The position numbers and the translations under genes were made by a program. From an uncultured Planctomycetota bacterium (GTDB lineage Bacteria; Planctomycetota; Planctomycetia; Isosphaerales; Isosphaeraceae), in contig CAWGMQ010000010.1 of NCBI GenBank assembly GCA_963823665.1, forward strand, positions 1,568,001 to 1,632,000: a stretch of 64,000 nt of DNA, read 5' to 3'. Positions 8,784 to 17,840 of this stretch are shown here, one piece after another (the first letter of the stretch is position 1; every line of letters begins with the position of its first letter). Under the pieces are notes generated by a model that did not search any database, was not told the origin of the DNA, and saw only the letters and a list, made by a program, of their open reading frames with translations.

Positions 8784-11456
8784 ATGTTGACATTCCTGAC
8801 CTCGATCCTCGCCACAATGCTGCTCGCCCAACCCCCGGATTCCATCGTCGTATCGGGAATCGTGGTTGACGCTGCCGAAAAGCCATTATCAGATGTTGAC
8901 GTCGTAATCTGGGCCCGGATTCTCACAGATGGAACGGCCCCCACGCTGGCACACACAACGACCGGCTCACAAGGCACATTTCGCCTCACGATCGCCCTGA
9001 AGCCGTTGCCGGGAATGGCGCCGCGCCGGTTTATCTTTGCCTACCAACCGGGCCGGTCAGTCGCCGTTCAAGAGGTCGATCTGTCGGGTGATGCTGCACC
9101 GGCGCCGGTCCGAATAACGCTGGCCGAGCCGTCCCGACGCACCCTGACAATCCTCGGTCCCGATGGTCGTCCGGTTCCAGGTGTTCGTGTTGCGCCCGTT
9201 CTCTGCGCGTTCGACCGCAGGGGGTTGTTCCAGACTCCCGACGATCGGCTCGAACGTTTGACGATTTCCAGCGCCGGCGACGGCGTGGTAACGCTTCCTT
9301 ATTTCCCGCCGGGGATCGATCCGCTCACGCTGCGGGTGACAGCACCTGGCATCGTCCCCCACGATCTTCCTCTCGTCGATCGTCCTGCCCCCGATCGGAT
9401 CACCCTGAAACTCGGGCGTCCGGCAAGCTTGGCCGGTTCGGTCTTTAACGACTCCGGTCGGCCGGCCCGTGACGTTCCGATCGAGGTCTGGCTCGAGAAC
9501 ACGTATCGGATGCCAGGCGAACCCGACGTGCAATGGAAGGCAAGCCCATCTCTTATCCGCTTCGATTCCGGGCCTGTCCGCACGGACGCCGATGGCTCGT
9601 TCCTGACTCCCGCGCAGCTTTTGACCGGCTCGTCATACCGCATGATCATCCGCCCCGAAGGCGGCCCTCTGGTCACGTCCGACTGGCTCAAGGCCACGGG
9701 CGACCGGACAACTTTTCCGCCTCTTCGACTCAGGCAGCACCGCAAATTGCAGGGGCTCGTCCAGGATCGGCAGGGCAAACCCGTCGCGGGTGCGCGGGTG
9801 TTCCTTCCCTCGGCCGAGCCGTCGACCACGACCGATGCGCAGGGCGGTTACCTGCTGGAAGGCGTGCTGCCGGACAAGACTTTCCTGCTCGTCAAGGCCG
9901 AGGGCTTCCGATTCCAGGGCTGGCCAGCCATCCCGGCCAGAGAGCCCAGAGCGGCGAAGCTCATCCTCGTACGAACGAGCGAACCGCATGACCGCATCAT
10001 GGTCCCCCAGCCCGCCCCGCTCTCGCCCGAGGAGTCGCGAGCGCTCGCACGGCGGCTGCTCGAGCCCTCGTTGCAAGCCGCGCTGGCCAAAGGCGACGAC
10101 CGTGCTCGATGGGATTGCCTCCGCATCGCCAGCAGGATGGACCCCGCCCGGGTGCTTGAGCTGCTCGAGAAGCACCCCATCCAGAACCCCGGCATGGAAT
10201 CAAGCATCCGGAAAATGGTCGCAACAGAAATCCTTGCCACCGATCCCGTGGCGGCCGAATCGATCGTCAAAGAAATGCCGGACCCGAAGAACCGCGAATG
10301 GGCTTACGTCGAGCTGGCCAGCGCTCTACCAGACGACCAGCGAGCTCTGAAGCGCAAGTTTCTCGAGCTCGCCACGGCCGAAGCTCACGCTCCCCTGCTT
10401 GCCGCGCGGGTTCCTGAATCCCGGCGCGTCGAACTGGGGCGGCTCGCCCGGGCGTGGCTCGATCTCGGCGAGGTGGAACCGGCCCGCCCGCTTGTCCGTG
10501 AAGGGTTGGAAACGGTCCCGGTGCTACCGAAGATCCAGCAATTCGACGATCGATTCTTGGCGACCGCGGCGAGGATCGAGCCTATTCGGGTGTTGTCCCT
10601 CATCGGGAACGTGACCAGCGCCACTGACCGCCAGGCCTATTACTCCCGGATCGCCGAATCGCTCGCAATCGAGCATCCGGCCGAAGCGGAGCGTGTGTTC
10701 CAGCTCATCAATGATTCACCTCGAACACCGATGCAAGTCAGGTCCCGAATAGCCCTGCAACTACGACTTTGTCGGCGCCTCGCCAAGAGCGACCCGCCAC
10801 AAGCGCGTCGAATCATCGCGCGAATGCAAATGCCCCGAGACCAGGCTCTTGGCTGGGCACTTCTCGCGCTCGGCCTGGCAGATCGGGACAAGCAGGCCGC
10901 AAACACGGCCCTGGCTGAGTCGATACAGGTAATCGATCGCCTTACCGCTTCCGCGAAAGACGTGAAACCCGCCGCCACGGGAGTTCTCGCTGACCCCAAC
11001 CCCGCCGCGCTCATTCTCCCGATCGTTGAAAAAGTGGCGCCGGAACGCCTGGAAGAGGTCTTCTGGCGAGCGGTCACCCTGATGCCAGATGACGACCTCG
11101 CACAGAAGCGAGGCACCGTCGATTTCCGCCTCGCCGGGGCGGCAGTTGTCCTCGCCCGTTACGACCGCCAGATCGCCGACGTGTTCGTAACGCAGGCCAT
11201 GTCAGCCCTGCCCGCCAGCCGAACTGTCTATAGCCCGATGATCATCCGCGCCAAGGCGGGCGTTGACCCTTCTGGCGCCGTGACGCTCATGCAAGCGCTG
11301 CCGCCCGGCGGTCGCGACGAGCGACGGTCGCCCAATGGTATGATGTATTCCGCCCGCGACGAGTTGCTCATCTACCTGATCGAACCCAGCGATCGTCACT
11401 GGCAGTACGTCTGGACCCACGTAGGCGTCGACCTCGACGAACGAAGCTTCCCTTGA
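8784..11456 (+). CDS. Large secreted protein with carboxypeptidase-regulatory-like domains and a helical-repeat C-terminus
   Basis: 890 aa; signal peptide; repeated GxVxDxxGKPVAGAxV..TTTDAQG motifs. Confidence 0.8.
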   Translation: MLTFLTSILATMLLAQPPDSIVVSGIVVDAAEKPLSDVDVVIWARILTDGTAPTLAHTTTGSQGTFRLTIALKPLPGMAPRRFIFAYQPGRSVAVQEVDLSGDAAPAPVRITLAEPSRRTLTILGPDGRPVPGVRVAPVLCAFDRRGLFQTPDDRLERLTISSAGDGVVTLPYFPPGIDPLTLRVTAPGIVPHDLPLVDRPAPDRITLKLGRPASLAGSVFNDSGRPARDVPIEVWLENTYRMPGEPDVQWKASPSLIRFDSGPVRTDADGSFLTPAQLLTGSSYRMIIRPEGGPLVTSDWLKATGDRTTFPPLRLRQHRKLQGLVQDRQGKPVAGARVFLPSAEPSTTTDAQGGYLLEGVLPDKTFLLVKAEGFRFQGWPAIPAREPRAAKLILVRTSEPHDRIMVPQPAPLSPEESRALARRLLEPSLQAALAKGDDRARWDCLRIASRMDPARVLELLEKHPIQNPGMESSIRKMVATEILATDPVAAESIVKEMPDPKNREWAYVELASALPDDQRALKRKFLELATAEAHAPLLAARVPESRRVELGRLARAWLDLGEVEPARPLVREGLETVPVLPKIQQFDDRFLATAARIEPIRVLSLIGNVTSATDRQAYYSRIAESLAIEHPAEAERVFQLINDSPRTPMQVRSRIALQLRLCRRLAKSDPPQARRIIARMQMPRDQALGWALLALGLADRDKQAANTALAESIQVIDRLTASAKDVKPAATGVLADPNPAALILPIVEKVAPERLEEVFWRAVTLMPDDDLAQKRGTVDFRLAGAAVVLARYDRQIADVFVTQAMSALPASRTVYSPMIIRAKAGVDPSGAVTLMQALPPGGRDERRSPNGMMYSARDELLIYLIEPSDRHWQYVWTHVGVDLDERSFP

Positions 11457-11484
11457 GGCTAGGCGCGAGACACGGCGCGAAAAC

Positions 11485-11512
11485 GGGAAAAGGTTCCAGG
11501 AACCCTTAACCC
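11485..11512 (+). repeat. Dispersed palindromic repeat (family D)
   Basis: GGGAAAAGGTTCC-A-GGAACCCTTAACCC; also at 13585, 16131/16148 and degenerate at 8099. Confidence 0.8.
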
Positions 11513-11515
11513 TTC

Positions 11516-12418
11516 CTAAAGCCGAACCTCCCTGACCGCACGCTCGGACCTCCTCCAGAATTCCGCCTCTCGTTCCAGCCCGTACGTCCCAGCAGACTCA
11601 GCCAGCCGGCGGTAGCGCTCCGCCGGATCGATGCGACAGGCCCACCAGATCTTCATTTCGTCCTCGGGACAGAACCAGATCGGCTGCCCGTCTGCTTCGT
11701 CTTGGTGGTTGGCTCCGTTCATCCCGCACCGGAACTGTGTGCAGTGCCAGATCCCTAGCATGTGTCCAGTCTCGTGCACGGCAATTTTTGCCGTCCGGCG
11801 GAGGAAGGTCTTCGGCTCACGTTCTGGGTCGCCCAGGCGGTGCAGCGACCAGACGCCGACGCCCCCGCTTAGCGAAGCCTGCCCGAAGACGAAATTCCAT
11901 CCCTTGCCCGGCCAGAGGTCGGATGTCGTCAGCGCCAATACGACCATGGCATCCGCGGGCTTCCTCCGGCTGAGCAACCGGAGCACGAATTTCGTCAAGA
12001 TCTGCTCCACGCCCGAGTATGGGTGAAGTCGCCGTGCCTGATGAGGGACCCATGCCAGGTCCATCCGCTCGAGCTTTTGAACCGGCGCTCCGTAGAAGTT
12101 CCCGAGCAACTCCGCCGTCGCTTTGATCGCGGCGCTTCGTCCCGGGTCGAAATCGCCGAGCGGCTGAAGATAGATCGTCGGTCGCAGCTCCGTCGGCCGG
12201 ACGGGATCGCTCCGGCGATACTCTTCAAGCGACTGCCCAGGCTCCTCGTGCTCGTCTAGCCAGTCCCCCTCCTGTATCGTCCCGATCGGGTCGTGCAACG
12301 GCGCGATCGCCCGACCCGCGGATCGGATGGCTGACAGCTCGTTCGATCCATTTTCGGGCCGCCCAACCATCGCCCGATCCTCCGGCATCCTGTGTGGACC
12401 GTCGCATGCCATAAGCAC
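11516..12418 (-). CDS. Archaemetzincin (M54) zinc metalloprotease
   Basis: HETGHMLGIWHC..CGM motif; WNFVFGQAS; start codon uncertain. Confidence 0.9.
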   Translation of the reverse strand: MLMACDGPHRMPEDRAMVGRPENGSNELSAIRSAGRAIAPLHDPIGTIQEGDWLDEHEEPGQSLEEYRRSDPVRPTELRPTIYLQPLGDFDPGRSAAIKATAELLGNFYGAPVQKLERMDLAWVPHQARRLHPYSGVEQILTKFVLRLLSRRKPADAMVVLALTTSDLWPGKGWNFVFGQASLSGGVGVWSLHRLGDPEREPKTFLRRTAKIAVHETGHMLGIWHCTQFRCGMNGANHQDEADGQPIWFCPEDEMKIWWACRIDPAERYRRLAESAGTYGLEREAEFWRRSERAVREVRL

Positions 12419-12544
12419 TGCTGGAGTTCGAGCCGCGACTCACCTTGTCTGATCATACCCCACTTACGATCTTGATTCCTGCCTGATCGGTTGTCAATCG
12501 GAGGGAAATTGACCGCTCGCCAGCGGCCCGCGAAGAAGCTGTCC

Positions 12545-12952
12545 TTACTTTCTGCCCAGCGCGCTGAATTTATGAAAGACCCCGTCGACGAAGGTCAGTT
12601 TTGAGTTCGTCTGCGCCAGCGCCTTCGTGGTTTCGTCGAGCCGGCTGATCGTCTGTGCGATGCCGAGGTTGGCCTTGTCGATCTTGGTGTTGGCCATCGC
12701 CACATGTTCTTGCGTTTCGTCGAGCCGTTTATTGGTTACCTTGAGCTGACGATTCGTTTCGATGAGCTGAGTTTGCATATTCTCGAGCTGGCGGTTTGCC
12801 ATGCTCAACTTGGCGTTCGCGGTCATCAGGTGCTCATTCGCGCTGCCCAGGTACTCAAGCGTCCGGTCGACGCGGCTGAGCATCGACTGCCCGGAAAACG
12901 CGGCGATGCACGCGGTCGCGATACAGATTCCTCCCACCATGAAGCGGGACAT
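12545..12952 (-). CDS. Membrane-anchored coiled-coil protein
   Basis: N-terminal hydrophobic segment followed by ~12 heptads of the L-x-x-(A/T)-N type. Confidence 0.7.
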   Translation of the reverse strand: MSRFMVGGICIATACIAAFSGQSMLSRVDRTLEYLGSANEHLMTANAKLSMANRQLENMQTQLIETNRQLKVTNKRLDETQEHVAMANTKIDKANLGIAQTISRLDETTKALAQTNSKLTFVDGVFHKFSALGRK

Positions 12953-13297
12953 TGTCTTGCTCCCTTCCCACTTTATTTGATCTCCGTCCTGGGTTTCAGA
13001 CGTGGTGAGTCATCTGTATCTCAACTCCTCGCCTCGCCCGACCGAACGAGTGGAATACTATGCAATCGACGCGCCAAAGAATCGAAGCCCGACAGCCACT
13101 CCCGGAAGCCGCGGCTGAGCGAATAAAGCTGCGGGCTGGTGCCCCGCAGGGGCGTGGGCATGAAGTGGACCTCGCCGGCTGTCCAGAGGACGCCCCGCCT
13201 CCGAGTGGGGAGGAAAGAGAGCTTCCGACCGTTCACGGCTGCGGAGTTTGCGTGGTGATGCGCAAGGTGCGGGCGCGCTCGCCGGTCAGTGCATCGA

Positions 13298-13477
13298 TCA
13301 CGCCGGCGGCCTCCTGGTCGCTGGTCCATGCCTCTGCACCAAGACGCCAAATGCCGTCTCGGCCTCTGCGCGATCCGCAGTCAAGAACCGTTCAAGAATC
13401 TCGCAATCGGGCCAGTCGCGCACAACGCCGAAACCAAACAGCGCCCGGTTCTCCCTCACCAGAATCGCATTACCCAT
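13298..13477 (-). pseudogene. 5' stub of an ECF sigma factor gene
   Basis: ALFGFGVVRDWPDCEILERFL..AETAFGVLVQRHGP parallels the N-termini of the ECFs at 13860 and 32938, then breaks. Confidence 0.7.
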
Positions 13478-13584
13478 GCGGTCGCGCATGCCGATGTCCC
13501 TCCCCCTCTGCGTGCCTCACATGACAGTGCACGAGCGCGGGGAATTATTCCCGCATTCAAAAAAAATCGACCGGGAGGCCAGGC

Positions 13585-13613
13585 GGGGAAAAGGTTCCAG
13601 AAACCGTTAACCC
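13585..13613 (+). repeat. Dispersed repeat (family D)
   Basis: GGGGAAAAGGTTCCAGAAACCGTTAACCC. Confidence 0.7.
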
Positions 13614-13859
13614 CGTTGCCGGACCGTCTATTTGGCGTGGAATGCAGAAGTTGAGCGGGCGAGCACGGCCCGCGCGCGCTCCGCAACGGCCCCTTCAAGC
13701 CCACCCGTGTGATTTTTATCTGGACTCTTCGCCTGAGACCTCGGGAACAAATCCCCCAGCCGAACCATTATATTCATGGTAGTCGAGCAGCCGCGAGCAG
13801 TCGTGGCTCGTCACGCTGCGGGATTCGCGACCTGTGTGGTCGAGGGGAGACGGTTCGTC

Positions 13860-15550
13860 GTGCTTCGAGATCTCCAGATCCTGTACGGTGTCGGCTCCTC
13901 GGTAGGCCTGACGGACCGTCAGCTCCTCGAACGATTCCAGTCCGCCAGCCGTGCCGACGATCACGATGTCGCCGAATCCGCGTTGACCGCGCTCATCGAG
14001 CGGCATGCCGCGATGGTATGGAACGTGTGTCGATCGCTCATCCGCGATCGGCATGATGCCGAGGACGCATTCCAGGCAACATTCCTGATCCTCGTCCGCA
14101 AAGCCGGATCGCTGCTGGTCGGTGACACGCTTGGCCCATGGCTTCACGTCGTGGCCGGTAGGACGGCATTGAGCGTGCGGAAGGCACGCGCACGCCGGCG
14201 AGCAGTCGAGCATTCCGGAGCTGATTCACTCCCGGAGTCCGTCGAGCCCACCATCTCCGATCCCTCCTGGCATGACGCGGATGAGGTCCGTGCGGCGATC
14301 CACGCCGAGATCATGATACTCCCCGAGTCCTTCCGCGCGGTGATGGTGCTGTGCGATCTTGAGGACCTCAGTTATTCCGAGGCAGCTCTACGGTTGAAGG
14401 TCCCCCTGGGAACCGTACAGAGCCGGCTGGCCCGAGCGCGTCGCCGCGTGCGCCGGGCACTGATCCAGAGTGGGATTCACCCATCGGATGGGGGCGGGGA
14501 CGCGACCGAGTCCCTCTGCGCCCCGATCTCCGGAGCGATGACGGCCCGCGGGCTCCCGCCGGCGCTGGCCGGAAGGATCGGCCGCCTGGGTGCACTGATC
14601 GCTTCCGACCCCGTTCAATGGAAAGCGACCGTGGCCGGCTCGGTCCGCGTTCTGGTCAGTGGAGGTCTACGAACCGTCGTGCTCGCCAGGTTGATGCGCA
14701 TCGTTGTGATACCCTTGGCCGCCGTCGTGCTCGGCGGGGCCCTCTTGTATACCAATGCGAGGTCCGGACAGGCCGTCCCGGATGACGCCCCGCGGCAAGA
14801 CCCTCGACCCGATCTGAAGGCAGGAGAAAAGCAACCAATCGAGATCCCGCGCCCTGATCAGCTCAGAGCGTCGTCCGGTCGCGGGAAGGCCCTACTCTAT
14901 CTGCTCGACCGGAATGGGGAGCGGATTGCCGCGCGGCGAGACGGGAAGGTAATTCGATTCCAGGAGGTCGAGCGGGAGCTCCACTGGGCCGTGATCACCG
15001 GCGCGATCGATCACCAAAAGGTTCAGAAGTCATTGATCGAGCACAAGGAGAATCCGCTGCCGCGTTCTGACCGGCCTTACTGTCGCGTCGACTTGAAGAG
15101 GCAGGTTCGCCAGGAGGATGGTTCCTGGCCCGACTGGGAAAACGTCGACGTACGCGCGAACCTCAAGATCCTGGACAACCTGGCCGAAATGGACCCCGAG
15201 CGGGTGCCCAAAAGGTTGCTGATGGATGCTATCGTTGACCCTTTACCTCATCTGACGCAAGGCAGATGGACTGATGTGGATGTCGATGCCTTCGTCCCGG
15301 CCGGTACCAAAGCACGGGGAAATCGGCCCGTCGCTCAAGTCTTGCCCCCGGCTCCGCTGCCGGATAGGCCGGCGCTGTTGATGGTGCGCTACCTGGACTT
15401 CACGGTCGAGCCCGGCCGGACCTACCGCTATCGAGTGGCGCCGTCTTCTTCAATCCTCATCTCAATCAGGGGAATCCTCGCGATCGCAACAAGTTCATTT
15501 TCGGACCCTGGAGCGAGGAGACCAACATCGTCACGATCCCGGTTCCTTGA
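13860..15550 (+). CDS. ECF sigma-70 factor with a TM helix and C-terminal extension (frameshift near 15437)
   Basis: LTDRQLLERF, DAEDAFQATFLIL, GTVQSRLARAR; the shifted frame gives ..VFFNP..GPWSEETNIVTIPVP* at 15550; start may be upstream (13776). Confidence 0.85.
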
Positions 15551-15813
15551 CTGCGCGGCGGCGGACCCAACCTGCGGATGGCGATCCTCACCGTCGTGGC
15601 CGTCGATTGCGCGATGACGCTCCGGCTATTTCGACCTCCAGTTAGTCCAGTCCCTTTTTATTTCGCGGTGTTTCTGTGGTACAAAACCTGATGACCGAAC
15701 TGCTAGCTGTTGGCAAGGGTGTGCCGCCGGCGCTCGAGTTCGGCTGCTTCGCTTCGCTATGATGCACGGAGGTAGACGGTCGCCCTTACAGAATCCTGAC
15801 TCGAGCGTTGATC

Positions 15814-16101
15814 ATGAAGAAGGTCGTTCTTGCCCCTGCCGTAGAAATCGCCATGCGGACGCTGGACCCGGACGGCGCGCGCCGGGTTCACGCCTGGTTC
15901 AGCTACCTGGAACGCTGGGATACCGACGAGTCCGTGCGCAGAAACTCGCAACAACTCCCGGACATGCCGGGCGTCTTCGTCATGCGGACAACCACCGACA
16001 TAAGGATCTTTTTCCGGATCGATGGAGACACCGCCACCATCCTCGACGTTGCGAAAAAGGCGGCGCTTCTCAACTCGGGACGCGTCGCCGGGGTCAGCTA
16101 A
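15814..16101 (+). CDS. RelE/ParE-like small protein
   Basis: 95 aa; KVVLAP N-terminus; VFVMR..DIRIFFRIDGDTATILDV C-terminal strands. Confidence 0.55.
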   Translation: MKKVVLAPAVEIAMRTLDPDGARRVHAWFSYLERWDTDESVRRNSQQLPDMPGVFVMRTTTDIRIFFRIDGDTATILDVAKKAALLNSGRVAGVS

Positions 16102-16130
16102 TGGCCTCGGTGCTGGAGTCAATCGTCTTT

Positions 16131-16173
16131 GGGGAAAAGGTTCCATTGGGGAAAAGGTTCCAGGAACCCTTAA
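16131..16173 (+). repeat. Dispersed repeat (family D), partly duplicated
   Basis: GGGGAAAAGGTTCCA-TT-GGGGAAAAGGTTCCAGGAACCCTTAA. Confidence 0.8.
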
Positions 16174-16196
16174 TCCGCTCACTGCCCATAACTGCC

Positions 16197-16751
16197 TCAC
16201 CGCCCCGGCCGAAGCTTGACGAGCGCCCACCCCCGGTCACTCGACCGGAACTCATACACGCCTGCGGAGAGCGCGTACCGCTCTACACCAAAGTCGCCGC
16301 CGCGGTCGTATGCGATCGTGGACGAGGGCGTCACTACAAGCTGCCGGAGTGCGCCGCTTACGGTCGTGTAGACGACCCCATCCACCACGTAGCTGACCGT
16401 GACGCCCGTTTGCTCGGGGTTGACGATCACCACCGAAACCGCCGCACGCGAACTCGCGGGGAACGTCAGGCCAGGCACAGCCACCGGGCATAGCTGGAAG
16501 CCCCGCCGGTCGACCGCCAGCCACCACTCGTCCCGCCTGACCTGCGCGAGATCGCGGTTCACCCGAGCGGTATCTCCGCGCCTCATGTCGCTCTCAAGTC
16601 GCGCCTGGTCCCGCTCGAGCTGCTTCATGTCGACTCGTTCCGCAAGGTTGTACCAGAACCCAAACACGTCGTGCGCTTCTGCGGGCCGTGTGATTGACAC
16701 GAGCGAGCCGAGTGTCAATCCAAACACCAGAGTGAATGTGAAGTCACGCAT
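16197..16751 (-). CDS. Secreted hypothetical protein (paralog of 16823-17623)
   Basis: Signal peptide ending AEA; shared DQARLExD..VNRDL and YDRGG..RYALxAGVYEFRS..GWxLVKL domains. Confidence 0.8.
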   Translation of the reverse strand: MRDFTFTLVFGLTLGSLVSITRPAEAHDVFGFWYNLAERVDMKQLERDQARLESDMRRGDTARVNRDLAQVRRDEWWLAVDRRGFQLCPVAVPGLTFPASSRAAVSVVIVNPEQTGVTVSYVVDGVVYTTVSGALRQLVVTPSSTIAYDRGGDFGVERYALSAGVYEFRSSDRGWALVKLRPGR

Positions 16752-16822
16752 GACGGACGGACTCGCGCACGGTTCAGTCGTTCAAGCCAGCGCCCCGCAC
16801 CCAGCGGTATCATTTCCCCGAT

Positions 16823-17623
16823 TCAAGGTTGAGGCTCGATTCGGTCCACCCCCGACCCACCGGCCTTGGGTGCAACGGTCATCATCGGCAGCTCGTTCCG
16901 CGGCACGACATCAGACGGCGACCCGCTCGCGTCTTTCGCCGGCGCCGGCTTGAGCTTCACGAGCGACCAGCCCTTGTCAACCGATCGAAATTCGTACACG
17001 CCGGCCGTCAGTGCATACCGCTGCTCACCAAGCTCGCCCCCCCGCTGATAGCGAATCGTCGACCCGGGGCCCGCCGCCAGTTCTTGGTGCTGACCGCTCT
17101 CGGTCTTGTAGACGAACCCATCAACAACGTACTCGACCGCGGTCCCCGGCTTTCCGGCATTGACGATCACGACACCCAGTTCCGCTGACGCCGCCACTGC
17201 GCCCGGGTAGCCTGCCGCCTGTGGCAGCCGATACAGTTGTGCCGGATTCGACGGATAATACCCATACTCCGGATATTGCGGATGCGCGACCAGCGTTTCA
17301 CCGGGCGGAATCGGCTTCGGCCGCGGCACCCAGGGCCCGACGGGGAGCCACATATCGCGCCGGATCATCCGTTCGTCCAGCCAGATCCGCCGCTCATCCC
17401 GTTGAATGCGATTCAGATCGCGGTTCACGCTCATCGCATCCCCGCGATTGATGTCTTCCTCCAGACGAGCCTGGTCATGCTGAAGCTTCCACTCGTGAAC
17501 TCTCTTGAACAGAAAATCCATCGGCAGATCAGTCGGGTCTTGCACTTGCGCTGATCGTGGCGCAAGCGCCCCGACCAGGATCGCCACCGAGAGAATCGTA
17601 ACCTTATACATGCGCGTGTACAT
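16823..17623 (-). CDS. Secreted hypothetical protein (paralog of 16197-16751)
   Basis: Signal peptide; the same two conserved blocks with a Pro/Tyr-rich linker. Confidence 0.8.
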   Translation of the reverse strand: MYTRMYKVTILSVAILVGALAPRSAQVQDPTDLPMDFLFKRVHEWKLQHDQARLEEDINRGDAMSVNRDLNRIQRDERRIWLDERMIRRDMWLPVGPWVPRPKPIPPGETLVAHPQYPEYGYYPSNPAQLYRLPQAAGYPGAVAASAELGVVIVNAGKPGTAVEYVVDGFVYKTESGQHQELAAGPGSTIRYQRGGELGEQRYALTAGVYEFRSVDKGWSLVKLKPAPAKDASGSPSDVVPRNELPMMTVAPKAGGSGVDRIEPQP

Positions 17624-17840
17624 AGAAGCCGAGCCCCGGTTTGCCCGCCCGAATTGTCAGCATGTGATCGGTTCCGCATGAGCCATAAAGTGTCATCGGA
17701 CGCGTCACCCGATTCACTAAAGTTTCGACGCGACGAAGCATGCGAACTTGCCCCGCGTCATTGTAGGATCCGCAATTACAGACCATCCCGCGCGTATTCC
17801 TGAACGCATCAGGGTAGGACAAGGCCCGCCACTTCCGAGC

